From contig CAJVPI010000095.1 in NCBI GenBank assembly GCA_910592345.1, positions 1 to 55,191 of the forward strand: a stretch of DNA of 55,191 nt, in the 5' to 3' direction. A program made the translations under genes and the position numbers. The notes beneath the pieces are model-generated. The model saw nothing but the letters and a program-made list of their open reading frames with translations. It was not told where the DNA came from and did no database searches. Positions 38,571 through 51,506 of this stretch are shown in pieces; position 1 is the first letter of the stretch, and every line of letters begins with the position of its first letter. The DNA is from Paraglomus brasilianum (Eukaryota).

Positions 38571-39407
38571 TATCTGCTAATTATAGGCTCTAACAAAGTT
38601 AATTCGTTCTCACTTTGCCTTACATATCTCTCTACCAAATTTCATTGAAATTGCTCACAAGTTTCTCTAAGAGGTTGTGTTTCAATGGCTGCTAATCGCT
38701 GCTACATCTTACTACCATGAGACTCATAATAGTAATATCACTTCCATTGTCAGGATGAAACTTAGGAATCACTGCGCTGTTGTAGCATGTCTTGCCTAAC
38801 TGTTGCCCATGAAATACTCATAATATTACTCAAATGTTGAAATTTTTCATCTAAACTAGACAATTTACTCGTGCAAGATGTTTACTGGGTCCACAATGAT
38901 TAAAAATACAAATTTTTTTATCTTTCCAAGTCATATTTCTGTATTTGTGAAGCTAAAGGTGAGAAAAGGAAGAAAAGAAGCCAATAAAAATAAAGCAAAA
39001 GAAAAACTGCTTGACTGGGATCCTGGTTATGTGATAACCATTCCTACCAGTCAGGGAATGACACTCGAAGCTCCATAACGCGTATGGGTTATCGATGAAT
39101 ATTGGCGTGGGACAATCTAATATATCTTGTCCCCAGAGGACTTGAAAAAGAAACTCGAAGAGCGTTATATTAAAAGATATTAGTCGGGAAGATCTTACGG
39201 GGTATGTCTTAATGAAATGGTATGGGACTATGAAGGATGTACTCAGACCAGTGGACAGTTGATCGAATCGACAACGAAATAGAACATATCAAGAGTAATG
39301 TGCGCCTCGCTTGTCCCGATGTAATCGAAATCATTCGAGTATAACCCACTCGGTGACTCACTCTATCAAAGCGATACCTTTATTGTATGCTTTTTCCCGA
39401 CATAATA

Positions 39408-39503
39408 CCGTATTCTTCCGAAAATAAGCAACATTTCGGAAAAATTGATCTATTTTATTATTGATTATTTCATTATTACAATAACACTATAACAAAAATA
39501 CGG
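39408..39503. mobile_element. Minimal 96-bp pogo-like MITE
   Basis: TA|CCGTATTCTT...AAAAATACGG|TA. Same terminal motif (CCGTATT) as the 2988-3635 element. Confidence 0.55.
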
Positions 39504-39805
39504 TAATTGTCTAGTCTGGATATGCAGATCACGGTAATCCACTAATACTAAAAATAAAGGAAACAATTGTCTTAAATTCCCAAATAGATAAGCTGATTTG
39601 GTGGGGGGTTTTTTCCCCCACGAGCTTCACAAAAGAGGCAACAAGTTCCAAGTTTGGTACAAATTAATGCTAAATATATAAATTTAAATTTGAGACCTTG
39701 AAAAGTTCCGACCAATAATCGAAGCTTCAATCACGGGTCATCCAGAAGTTTAGTCAAAGTCCGATTGATCGCATCTTATTCGAAAGGAAGCCGCTAAATT
39801 TTATA

Positions 39806-41070
39806 ATGGTCAGTCTATAAATCTCTTTGGTTTTCTAGTCAACAAAATGCTCGATATTACTTCATAGCCTCACAAGTCCAGTTTGTCTGAATTCCAAGGA
39901 ATACGAAATATATCATCAACCAACAAGATACGCCTCTGAGGATTCAGACTCTGAGTTTGAAGAGGAAACTTCTACCGAATATGAACCACCAATCGTTCAT
40001 TTTATTCCTTCGAAACAAGGAAGTAAACTGCAGGCGAGAGTAATGATAATTGGAGTTTGTGGAGGCGGCAATGTATTTCTTGCCTCAGTCAATGGAAAGA
40101 AGTTGCTCGGGACGATGCTGCTTCCTGAAACAGATCTTGTAAGTCAAATCACATGTTGAAGAGCGAGCGTACATCAAAGATAGAGGAAATGATGGTTTGA
40201 CGTTAGAATTCGTTATGATGGCATGGTTTACAAAGCTTACCCCCGTTTCTCCCTGATTCATTTAGAAGGGGAATACATTCTCTCAAGAGGCTCTCACACC
40301 TGTTTCTGATAAAAATTGCTTCTTCTATACGCTCGAGTCGGATCCTAGCGTAATCGTTGTCCCGTGTAATTATAACGTTAACGACGACAGATGTTTTATT
40401 TGGGCAAAGTCATTGTTTCAACACGTGGAAGCCGAATGGTTTGTAACCGTCGAGTTCGTGCTGATCTTCTATTCTGATACTACAAGTCTGTATAGTATGA
40501 CAGACAAGATCGTCTTTATGTGTTTGTAGCGTGATAATTTTAGACGTGTTTACTGCTTCCTCTTTCATTACGTCTAATCGACTGGATGAACAGACGGCTA
40601 GATATCCGCCATTTGTTCGGTTGTTACAAACAAGTGCAGCGAACAAGGTGATTGTTCGAAATCCTAGTCATATAGTCTTGTGTTTGGGCAAAGTACAAAT
40701 ACGATTAATTAATTACTTTGCTTGTCGACTTGTTCCAACAGACTATAGACGTCCCATCATATGAAGCGCCTAATCTTGCATGTAATTTGACAGCAGCCAT
40801 ATTAAATCATGTGAGTAAACTACATGTAATTCTTGACTGTTAATAGTTGTTAACACAAGTATGTTTCATTCCCTATAGTGTGAAATACGCAACATTCCTG
40901 CATATGCTCTTTTCAGTATCCAAGATAGTCGACATGGAAAGACAATTACAACTTACGACACGCTCGAAGCCTATAAATCAGCCCTCTCTTTATTATTACC
41001 TGGAACCAAATTGCTAACAGACTTTGATCAATTACAGGAATCAAGAAAGGTGTCTCCTTTATATTTGTAA
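39806..41070 (+). CDS. PSMG1: Proteasome assembly chaperone 1 (PAC1/PSMG1-like), multi-exon
   Basis: ATG|GTCAGT micro first exon, then EYEIYHQPTRYASEDSDSEFEEE, CFIWAKSLF, VIILD, PFVRLLQTS and YEAPNLACNLTAAILNHCEIRNIPA. TAA at 41068-41070. Confidence 0.8.
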
Positions 41071-41361
41071 TAGTCTCTTGATAACCAGGTGAAATGTCCA
41101 ATGGAGCAAGAAACAAAAATGTATATCAACACATACTAAGTAAATATTATCACTATCCTATAATCAATACATAAAAAGCAAGATTGCTGCATCAATAATC
41201 AAACAAATTGACAAAATGTTTTGATAGAATATCAATATACAGTTACACTACAATAAGAGTCCTTTGATGGGAAAGTTCATCGCTCAATAATATGTGAGGT
41301 GAAATGAGATATAATAACGGGAGTAATAAAAGAAAGAGTGGATACATAAGGTATTATAATT

Positions 41362-42668
41362 TCACCTGGCTGTTCCTTCCGTAGTGAGGAATGCCGCACC
41401 TGTACGATGGGAATGCCATTAGAATGCAGACAGTGAATTCATAGTGTAAATACGCTAGACGACTTACCTTGACCATATCCGTATCCCTGAGTTGATCGAC
41501 AAGTATATTAGTAAATACAAACTAAGAAACTGAAAGCAAAAACACACGAAAATACGCAAACACGCAAACACCACCACACTCTCCCCGGTAATTTGTTTCT
41601 TACCTTTGGACCGAATTCCTTTGAATAACACCCACGGCAATAAATCTTACTCTCTCGATCAGTCATGTTAGTTGAATCCAACAACTTACTACAACTACTG
41701 CATCTTAAACACAACTTATGATACTTCACTCCTGCACCCAACACAGCCTCTGCAGCATACACCGGTTTGTTGCATCTGGGGCACATATCGCTAGTTGCTG
41801 GTGCACTCCACCTTCGAGAATTGCCACGAGGGGACTGCGATCGAGAACTGAATATGCTATACGCAGGCGACATGGATCTCGGAGAGGTGGGCGGAGAAGC
41901 GCATCTCTCGATGGGTGTTGTGGGAGAAGTCGGATCAACACCAAGTTTGGAGGCAGGTTTTTCTGTATTCAGGAATGACGTTCCTGAGGCGAAACCATAG
42001 CCTTTTGTCGGGAGAGAGAGGTAGGGGAAAGGGAGAGAATAGAAGCAATTAGTATTAAAATTCAGAAATGGTATGGTGACAGAAACATAAGGGAGTGATG
42101 AATTGCCGGCAAAATATGCGAGTTGTAGCAAACAAGAGCAGCAACTCGACGAATATCCAACGGCTTACCTTTTGGACCGAACCGACGTCCGTGACAGTTC
42201 TTGCAATAAGCCTGTACGGAAAGAGAACGAGTTGATCAGCATGAAAGAGACGAATGTTTCCAATTGTTCGCAACGACATACCTCCCCCTCATGCTCTGCC
42301 AGAGTATAAGAGTCTAAGCGTTTCTTACAGTCCTAGTTGTACAAGAAAACGTAATGGTAAATCACAAACAAGCCAAAATCGAGATTGTTTTCGATATCCC
42401 CCTTGCGCCTTCTTCTTCTACTTACAATACAAGTCAAACAGGCCTTATGCCAAGGTCCATTGGGCCCGATTACCTGCGGAAAGGAAAAAACAAGAGTGAA
42501 TACAATCACGCTCTGGGTATTAAACTGACTTGCGGTTTTCCATTTGGTTCCACCAACTTTTATTCCGTTATATTTTTTACTTTTCATGTGCACCCTTCAT
42601 ACCTGTTCAGCCATATAAACGGACTTTTGGCATCGTGGACAAGTTGGTGTGCCCCAAGGACTAGACAT
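41362..42668 (-). CDS. Cysteine- and glycine-rich (CRP/CSRP-type) double-LIM protein, multi-exon
   Basis: LIM1 CPRCQKSVYMAE..WHKACLTCIDCKKRLDS..YCKNCHGRRFGPKGYGF. LIM2 [53 protein letters not shown]. Confidence 0.92.
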
Positions 42669-44229
42669 TTCTCACAGATATATTAGAGCAGTCGTTACAA
42701 GTCGTTAGTCGGTTATATCGTACCGGGGTGTGTGGTATCGGTTGTGAGGGTTTGGGGGGCCGTTGGTGGGTGGTGAGGGGGGTGGACTGAAAAGTAGTAG
42801 GACTTTTAGAATTTCGTAACAGAAGACAAATAAAAATACTATGCAAAAGACCTGCTGCACGACAGATGCGAGCTTAAGGGGCGGGACCCATTGTGGACAC
42901 AAAACCTTGAGGGAATATGCTTGTTGGTGTCACATTAGCGATTTGTTCGTTTACGAATTAGGTTTACGCAATTTAAGGAAGTTAGGGATGAAAATATCTA
43001 AAATCAATATTTTTGATGTATTTATTATTTGTCCCCACGTCATAAGCAGTGGCATGATTGATGAGTTGATGGATTGTCGATGGGTTGGTGTGTTGATTTG
43101 TGTTGATGTGTTGTGTGTACTTGGTATGTACTGGGCTAATACTAATCGAATGTGTGACTACTTTTATTGTTAATATTAAGGAGAAGCAATATTAATATTG
43201 TGTGTTCATTAAATTTTGGTGCTATCCCATGTTAATTCACGTGGTTCTAGATAAATGTGTTAGTAGGCGAGCTTGCACGTCTGGAAAACCGCCGTTTTTA
43301 AATGTAAAGCATTATTTTATTAATGAGGTGACACTGCTGACAAACGGATTTGATGCATAAAGACAGGGACGTCGTTTTATCGAGGGCAAGGTTTTTTGTT
43401 CTTTGCGGCAGAAAATAAGTACAAGGAAATGAGCATTCTCAGATGTATATGTGTGCTCAGATTCGAAATCTCTTGTGTCATTCCGTTCAATATTTCATTC
43501 CGTTTATTATTATTCCTAGCACTTTCTTGCATTGTGTATCTGTGCTACGCGTGTCCTAGATGTAATTTAGTCTCACCTTTTCTTGTGTGAAACAAAAGCG
43601 AATATTTGCCGAAAAAACCCCCAACTTGACGATTTCATGTATTGCATTGAAATATGCTTTAAATAACTTCTGAACATTGTAATAATCAAACAGAAATTGA
43701 TATTTGATTAAATATGGTAAATATATAATGTCCTTTGACTACATCCAAAAAAAAAATAATAACAAAATAATAAACGAGAAATACCAATCAAATATGATTA
43801 ATATATATAATTCAGAAAGTTTGTGTGTTTGTGTCTATTTCACAGTAGGGGACAATAAATTTCCCATTAGACCGGATCAAGAGAATATGAGAAATAGGAA
43901 AAAAAGAATATATGTAGTATGTATGTATAAAAAAAACTAATTAACCCAAAATATTTCAAATACCAAGTACTTCAAGTCCAACAGCTACTTGATCAAATAC
44001 CATATACATCCACTCATAACGAACTAGTCTGCGCTAAATACACGAAGCAGCATCTGAGTTGGATACAATTAACCATATCATATGACCGACATAATACGAG
44101 ATGTAAAACGAGATACACGGATGAAATATTAATAGTCTAATCTAATTATGAAGAAAAAGAGCTGTTCAGACATTATATATATAAAAATACTAAGGGGGTT
44201 CTTCTTCTTCGTCGTCGCCTACTTGATGT

Positions 44230-44373
44230 CTACTCTGATGCTGCACGCAATTCGCTCGCAGGTAGTGGGGTAAAATTATGGATATCAATGCCTCGAGATT
44301 TAAGTTCAGGTACAACGTGGAGAGGTACGAGTTGTTGAATAAGATCGGGACGAATGGAAAGTTCTTTATGATA

Positions 44374-44413
<40 letters not shown>

Positions 44414-46623
44414 TGTGTGTGTGTGTGTGTGTGTTTGTGTGTGTGTGAGCGATAGACGAAACATAAACTTGACAAACGGTGGACAGGATATGGTACATAA
44501 ATTGCAGCGAGAATACGACAACCCCACCATAAATTCCATTTCACATACCTTGTGGTGTAAAATCAAATAATTTAGGTAATTCTTTGCCATTAGGCATTCT
44601 AGTCTCAGGATTGCGAAGTTCGTCAAAGAATGGGTGACACATTGCTTCAATGGCTGTTGACCTCTGGGATGGTGTATACTCTAGAAGCTTCGATATGAGA
44701 TCAATAGCATCTGATGGTGTCCGAGTGCGGAATACCTGAATAAAAGTACAATGTAGTAACCGACCGAATTAGTGGCTGTGCAACAGAATATCTAGAACTA
44801 ATAAATAACAGTCTTGATCGACGCTACCGGTTTCTGGTTGTAAGAAAATCTGCGGTAGCATATAATCTAACTATAATGAGTTCCATCATTACCTTTGAAA
44901 AAGGGTGTGGCTTAATTTGAGGAAACTTGTGTTCCATGTAGTTTGGATTCATGGTCTTAATTTGTTCCCTTGTTGGGGTACCTAAGACTTTAATGATCTC
45001 TACTAATTGGTCAATACCACTATCCCCTGGAAACAACGGCTGACCAAGCATCAATTCGGCCATTACACAACCCGTCGACCAAACGTCTATTATAATATAA
45101 GATTAATACGTCAGTAGAATGTTCGCATAATTCGACGCTAATACAATCTTAGCATGCTTGTCGGTAGTAAATAGCTGACATCTTGACTACGTAGAAATCG
45201 GTTCTGGGCCTGACAACCAATTGCTCATACGTAATTACATTCTAGAAACATTTTCTTCAAACTTACCAATATTAGTAGTATAGTTCGTAGCCCCAAAGAT
45301 CAACTCAGGTGCCCTATAATACCTAGAACATATATAAGAAACATTGGGCTCGCCTGCTACCAAAATCTTTGCACTCCCAAAGTCACATAACTTCAATACA
45401 CCAGTGTGTGGATTCAGAAGAAGATTCTGTGGTTTAATGTCACGATGACAGATACCCAGTAAATGGATATAAGCGAGCGATCGAAACAGCTGATACATGT
45501 AGAGTTTGATCAAAAGTATCGGCATGGTTTGTTTGGATTTGGCATATAAGCGAGATGCGCGGTAGACAGTTTCTGGAACGTATTCCAGAACTAGATTAAG
45601 AAACAGTTCGTCCTTCTTGTATAATGAAATAACATAAAGCATATTAGTTGAGAAAGCAAATAAGATAAATGTAGCATTTAAGGGACGGGGGAGTAGTAAA
45701 GAAGAGTCGGTAACAAATGAAAAAGTAAAAAAGGATAACACACAAATGATACAAGACTTTTAGAGCATGAACGAGGGAATGGGCTCAAATAAAAGCATAC
45801 AAATAACGAGATCAGTTCATATTACATACCTTCTCACCAGGCGTATAGAAGAAGGCTTTCAAATCTACGATATTTGGGTGCGAAACTAATTTCATAATTT
45901 GTAGTTCTCGATTCTAATAGCACATAGACATGTTCCAGCCGAATTCACACAAATACGCAAGAAACCATTAATAATGACGACCAATACAATCACATATTCC
46001 TCTCTTTTCATCAAAACCATAAATGCATCCGTACCTTGAACCTCTTATCCTGCAGCACTTTCTTAATCGCGACCTCCTCACCAGTGTTTATTAGTTTTGC
46101 CTGGTATACGACGCCGAATGACCCATTCCCGATCACTTTAATGAAAGTGTAAGCCAGTTCGAAATCTTCGTTTATTTTCCCATGGCAGGCAACAACTCTA
46201 TTCACCTTAAGGGGATCATTGTCACCTTTGAAATCAGTAAAAAGAGTTAAACCGAAAGAAGAGAGGGTGGGGAAGGGAAAAGTTGAAATGGTTAAGTTCG
46301 ACAGAACATCAGCGGGGGTTCAGCTCTCATCCTCTGCTAGTTGCAATAAACACTCTACAGTCGTCGAAGGCTTGTTAGAGTAACTCACGGTACCAGATAC
46401 CAATTCCGCACATACGACGACTATTGTTGAGTGGTAATTACACACGAAGCAAACTCCCACACTTTAATCTATCAAGTAATTAAGCCCAAGGCTTTGGGAC
46501 ATCTGGGAACTTACAAGGCTTTACCCCGTTTAGCGAAGGATGAGTAGAGTGAGCTGTTAGGGCTCGTTGGTCTGATGTGCTAGTGTCATTTGCGAGACCA
46601 CTTCGGCGTTGTTTTGACGACAT
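44230..46623 (-). CDS. GSK3: Glycogen synthase kinase 3 (shaggy/Rim11/Gsk3), multi-exon
   Basis: [112 protein letters not shown]. Confidence 0.97.
44379..44447. repeat. Compound microsatellite (GA)n(TG)n in the last GSK3 intron
   Basis: Directly visible in the sequence. Confidence 0.95.
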
Positions 46624-46833
46624 GATTATGAACGATAATATAGAGTTGAAACAATTTACAGAGCTGAATGATGCGAAAGCAAATTGGTAGTCATGTGCTG
46701 TACCACTCTAGCCTTTTGAGGGTGTAGATGATACAAAAGATATTAGCGGTTTTTTTAGGGTAAAAAAATCAGTTAAAAAAAGCAAGAAGGAAAATGGGGC
46801 TTTTTTTTTTTCCAGTTTATTTGAAATGTAACA

Positions 46834-46926
46834 TAATGATTGTAATGATTGTAATGATTGTAATGATTGTAATGATTGTAGTGATGTAATGATTGTAATG
46901 GTTGCAATGGTTGCAATGGTTGTAAT
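46834..46926. repeat. 9-bp minisatellite (TGTAATGAT)n upstream of GSK3
   Basis: About 10 tandem copies with variants TGTAGTGA, TGTAATGGT and TGCAATGGT. Confidence 0.9.
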
Positions 46927-49650
46927 ATGATTATCTTGTCCTCTAAGTTTAGGTTATATGGCTGCGGGGGAGGGGGCCAGGGAAAGGAGGGGAACCATAG
47001 ACGTAAGTGATGGGCGCATTTTGTAATATGCGAAAGAAAAACGGTTGGATCACGTGAAATATTCGACAGACATCTTATGATGCAAGCGTATGTATCGATA
47101 TAGTTTAGCTTCTTATCACACGAGTCAACGATTGTTATGATAGACAACGGAATCGCATTGCCAAATAAGCTGTACAATTCTTGTATAAAACAATTGCGCG
47201 TTATAATAAATTGTTGTAGTACATCGCGCTATTACTAGAACGGAAATTTCTGGGCGAATCGCACCATAATGGAATATGGTTTCAACCGACAGAACGGACA
47301 GGACCAACCTAACAAATTGTTTCTTTAATTGGGTAACCAGCATTCTCGAGTTGACAAAACGAAAGGAATTAGCTTCCATCTAATAAAGCAAATATTATGT
47401 AAATATTTTTTTTTGAAAACTTGGTACAGATGGGACTGGTTCATAGAGCCGGCACGCATATCACACATGTTATCACTGTTGAAAGAAAAGTCTTTGTATT
47501 TGGAAGCAAGTTTCTATTTAACGACAATGCTGTGTGCTACACGTGAATAAACAAGTCAATAGTACGCGTTGTTATTGATCGCGCTTTAACTGTATCCATT
47601 AGCGTGTTATTGTATTAACGTTTACGTCACAGTCTTAAAAGTCAGCTGTGTGGTATGTGTGTTCAGACCTCTTATAGGTGCGTAAAGACTTTAACAAAAT
47701 AATATGCCACATCGGCCGTACATGAATTCGGTCTCTGAATCCGCTACTAGATTGCACGCAACGGCTCCCATTTGGACTTATAAAAAAGTATTTGAAAAAG
47801 TGCTTTTCCGGGTAAAAGTCTACCTTTGAAAGTGCATTGTTGAACGTACAGCTCAACTGACTGAAAAGTTGATCAACAGCTATTCTTATTTTTTTATCAG
47901 AGTTTCATAAACATGTTGCTGTTAAAGCTTTAAAAGTTTATTCACGGTAGAGGTATCTATCTATCCTGTGTGGTTTCGATAAAGGTAGAATAATTAAAAT
48001 CGTACAAACTTGCAAAACAGTTGGTACAGGTAAGTATCAGTTAACTTACGTACTCGCAAGTTGATTCACATACATTATTATTGATTGACATTTTTATGTT
48101 TGTTCTCAGGAAACTCTGCATTGTCGACCTTATTTAGAAGAAGAAATAAGCCAGCAAACCAGCGCTTTCGTTTGGTTGGAATGATGAGAGTTTCAATTTC
48201 GCTAGAACAGTTTGGGTTATCCCAAGCGCCTATAGTAGAAAGTCTTTGCTATATACGGAGCAATCGATTGTACGTATTGAAACAACAACGCGCAATTGTC
48301 AATATGAAGATAAACTTTGATTGGTACGAGTAATGTTATACATATCATATTTAGATTCTTTGGAGCCATTTAATTCAAACAGAAGCATTATTGTCAATGA
48401 CGTGCCAAGATTATGGAGAATGACGGTCAAGCTTTTAAAGGGGTTTAGCAGGCTTTTGCATTTGTGTCCAACAATATTGTATAATCAAGTGTATTTGAAA
48501 TGAGGAAAGATTTTGTTTAACTTATTCCTAATTGTTCAGATTATTAGAATCCGCTAATACCAATACAATAACACATACAGAAGTACACTATGTACTACCT
48601 TTTGTATCGAACGCGCTAGATTTGTAAGCCACGTTCCAACAGTCAATTCTTCGTTTAACGTTGATCGGAAATGTCTGGTATCATAATGTTATGGCGATGA
48701 GCGATTTTCACGCCAAACAAGTTACCCTAACCGCACGTATTGCCCGCCATTGATGATTCCGATGGGATGCTTGCTTTTTTTTTAAAAATTGCACGACGTG
48801 TTTTAACATAATGCTTTTTAATGCATTGAGAAGGTCTCAGATAAGCACGATAATTTACGTAAAACACAATCTGAAATTAATCCACAAGAATACTCCAACT
48901 TATAAATATGCCGTAGATAAGTTATTATGGTAAAAATTAAATAAACAGAATAATAGTATTAGTATTGTAATTCGTGCTTTCATTTGCATTGTTGAGCATC
49001 GGGGACAGTATATGAATCAGTTCCACCCTCCTTTGTTGCAGTTTATTCTTTTAAATGAGATATAATCATCAATGGGAGAAATTAACGTCGTCGCTGGATA
49101 TAACAATATTAAGTATAATAAGCAAGTCCACCCATGCCGAAAGCTAGAATTGCCCGACCAAATAATAACGGCTTGGCGGATAGTAATTTTTTTTCCCCGA
49201 AAAGTCAGTTTCACTCATTAACCTTTTATACGAATTTGTTAATTAAGCCCGTAATTTTTCAATGTCGAGACGAGGTAAATTTGATCGTCCAGTAATGCGT
49301 ATCTACGATAAACCAAATTTGATAATTACCTGTACAAACTCAAACAATACAGACGTTAAACGTGTTGCGTATCCATATGCCTTCGAGAGTAGATATCTTG
49401 AAGGAGAAAAATAGCGACTGTTTTCATATTGTTTACTGATCCTTTTTTTTTTAGACAGTAAAAAGTACCTTGGAATGTGGCTCGGTTCCATCACTTTCAG
49501 AACAATACCCATTTAATAGGCTCTCCTCCGAAAAGAACTGATTGGAATGGTTTACATGGTGCATGGAAAAAACATTTTAGAACAGCTGCAGAAATACTTA
49601 ATGTTAGGGAAAGTATGGATGTTTTAATTTTCTGCATCTATGGTATTCCT

Positions 49651-49775
49651 AGTCAGGTTTCGCCCTGTAATGCGGGTTGTTTAGGTGTTGTACTCGCCAG
49701 AGCGATGATGGGAAGCTCCAGTCAGGTTCACCCTGGACTGTGGTAGTTAGGTGTTGCCCTCAACCCCATCATTGC
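49651..49775. other. GC-rich structured element (three-way junction plus degenerate internal duplication)
   Basis: Stems 49702-49712/49765-49775, 49719-49726/49732-49740 and 49753-49756/49761-49764. Duplicated motifs AGTCAGGTT(T)C(G/A)CCCTG and TTAGGTGTTG. Confidence 0.5.
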
Positions 49776-51506
49776 GATAATTGCTAGAGAAACCTATCCT
49801 AATTACATTTATATTTGACGCACCCGATTGGAATAGTATTATTATAATAAGACATGAGGTATGTTAAAAGAATTGAGCGTACAGTCCCGGAAAAAATAAT
49901 TGCGGTGCTTATTAAATGCAATTTCCACAAAGTTTTACATACAAGTTAAACTTTTGGCAGTAATTAATGTTGTTCATGATAACAAATTCTACTTGTAATA
50001 AAGAGGTGATAAATTTCACAAAAAATTTTCAACATGTTTTTGGTCAAGAGCATTGTATAATAAAAAAGGTTGCAAATAAGGTAGCATTTGTTATTGTAAA
50101 TGGTTTACTTAGTACTGGAAGATTATTTTTCTTAGTAAAAAATATGTCTGACATACGACCTATAGTTTTTTATCAAGTTATAACTTGTTCACTTGCTAAA
50201 TTTTTAAAATTTAAAAATTTATTCTAAACATTATCGAAACATAAGCAATTAATCTTATGCATCAACTTTTTTAGAACGTAACCGTGTGCTTTTAAGCAAG
50301 ATTTACTGTAAAAATATTTTTGCTGACCGCCATTAATATTTTTCCTGGACTGTAGCTTTTATCAATTAACGTGTATCGGTATGAAAACGAAAACGAAATT
50401 ATTGGAAATCAATTAACGAAAAACCAAGAGAAACATCTTGCAGGTCATGAATCTAAAACGGTTGATGGGGAGGGAACAAACAACCTTCAGAAAGTACCGT
50501 CACCAGAGACTGTTGATTATGTTAAGTTGGTTAACGAAAACATTGTGCTTATCATTTATTTTACAGATGGATTTCATCAAATTGTCAGTAACACATACGA
50601 TCAATTAACGAAAATATACTAAGAATTGCTGCTATGAATTTAGCAAAGCTGGATGGATCCAAGATATTTTGTTTAAAGATGCTAATTTTTTAAAGCATTT
50701 AGTAAATACTAAATGGTTTGCATTGAACAGTACTTTAGAATTTATTTCACATTTTATAAAGCCCAGCAAGATAACTTATTTTCGTAAATATATCCGAATA
50801 AGCAATCCAAAATTGATTTTCTAGGAGAACAGAGTAAGAGTTCCAAACTTGCTGAAATTACTGAACTTAAATGGGAGAAGGCTGAATTTTGGCTAAAGAA
50901 GCAGGGTTTATAGCTTCATTGAGATTTCCTTACACACGTCGCGTTTTTTTTAATCACGCTTTCTCTATAATAGCAACCCCTTGTTTTTTGTAATGTGCGT
51001 TTTGATAATAGGAAAATCAAAAGATTAAAATGAGACATGGCATTATTTCTCAATCGCAAGTTTATTAGCTGTTCCCATGTAGTCAACCCCCTATATATAG
51101 TCCCTTCATTAGTCACACCATATTAAATCCAGTCTATAGTCACACTGCCTAGCGCCAATTTCAATGATAAAAAACATAGTCACCATTATTTCAGCAGAGT
51201 GACTTAGTAATGGATAGACGTTGACTGTTATTGTTTTCCTATTTTGGAATATTTATTCCAAAGCCGTAATTATAGCCGAGTTGTGCAACACTTTCTAACC
51301 AATTATCGGACATATTATTAATTAGTATTAGTATTAGCGAATTAGCTGTATACTATATGAAACGGAATATCACCCTCTTCCCAAGCCAAAGATGTTCATT
51401 GAAATGTATTCTTTAATTTACAGTTCTTATATTATTTATTACGTAACAAACTGTCGGCGCCCCAAGGATACGACGTAAGATTTATTGACAATTGAACTTG
51501 CAAAAA

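Noticed and set aside
44190..44650. ORFs with THTH/LSLS runs
   Set aside because: Translation of the (GA)n(TG)n microsatellite in a GSK3 intron.
46773..47177. 134-aa ORF with HYN/LQP repeats
   Set aside because: Kept open by the 9-bp minisatellite; non-ATG start and no domain.
49651..49775. Hammerhead or HDV ribozyme call for the structured element
   Set aside because: The catalytic consensus nucleotides are not identifiable on either strand; kept only as an unclassified structure.
49330..51000. Coding-like scraps (WNVARFHH..HGAWKKHF; KAGWIQDILF) and a repeated CAATTAACG motif
   Set aside because: Fragmented by stops and no family can be assigned with confidence.
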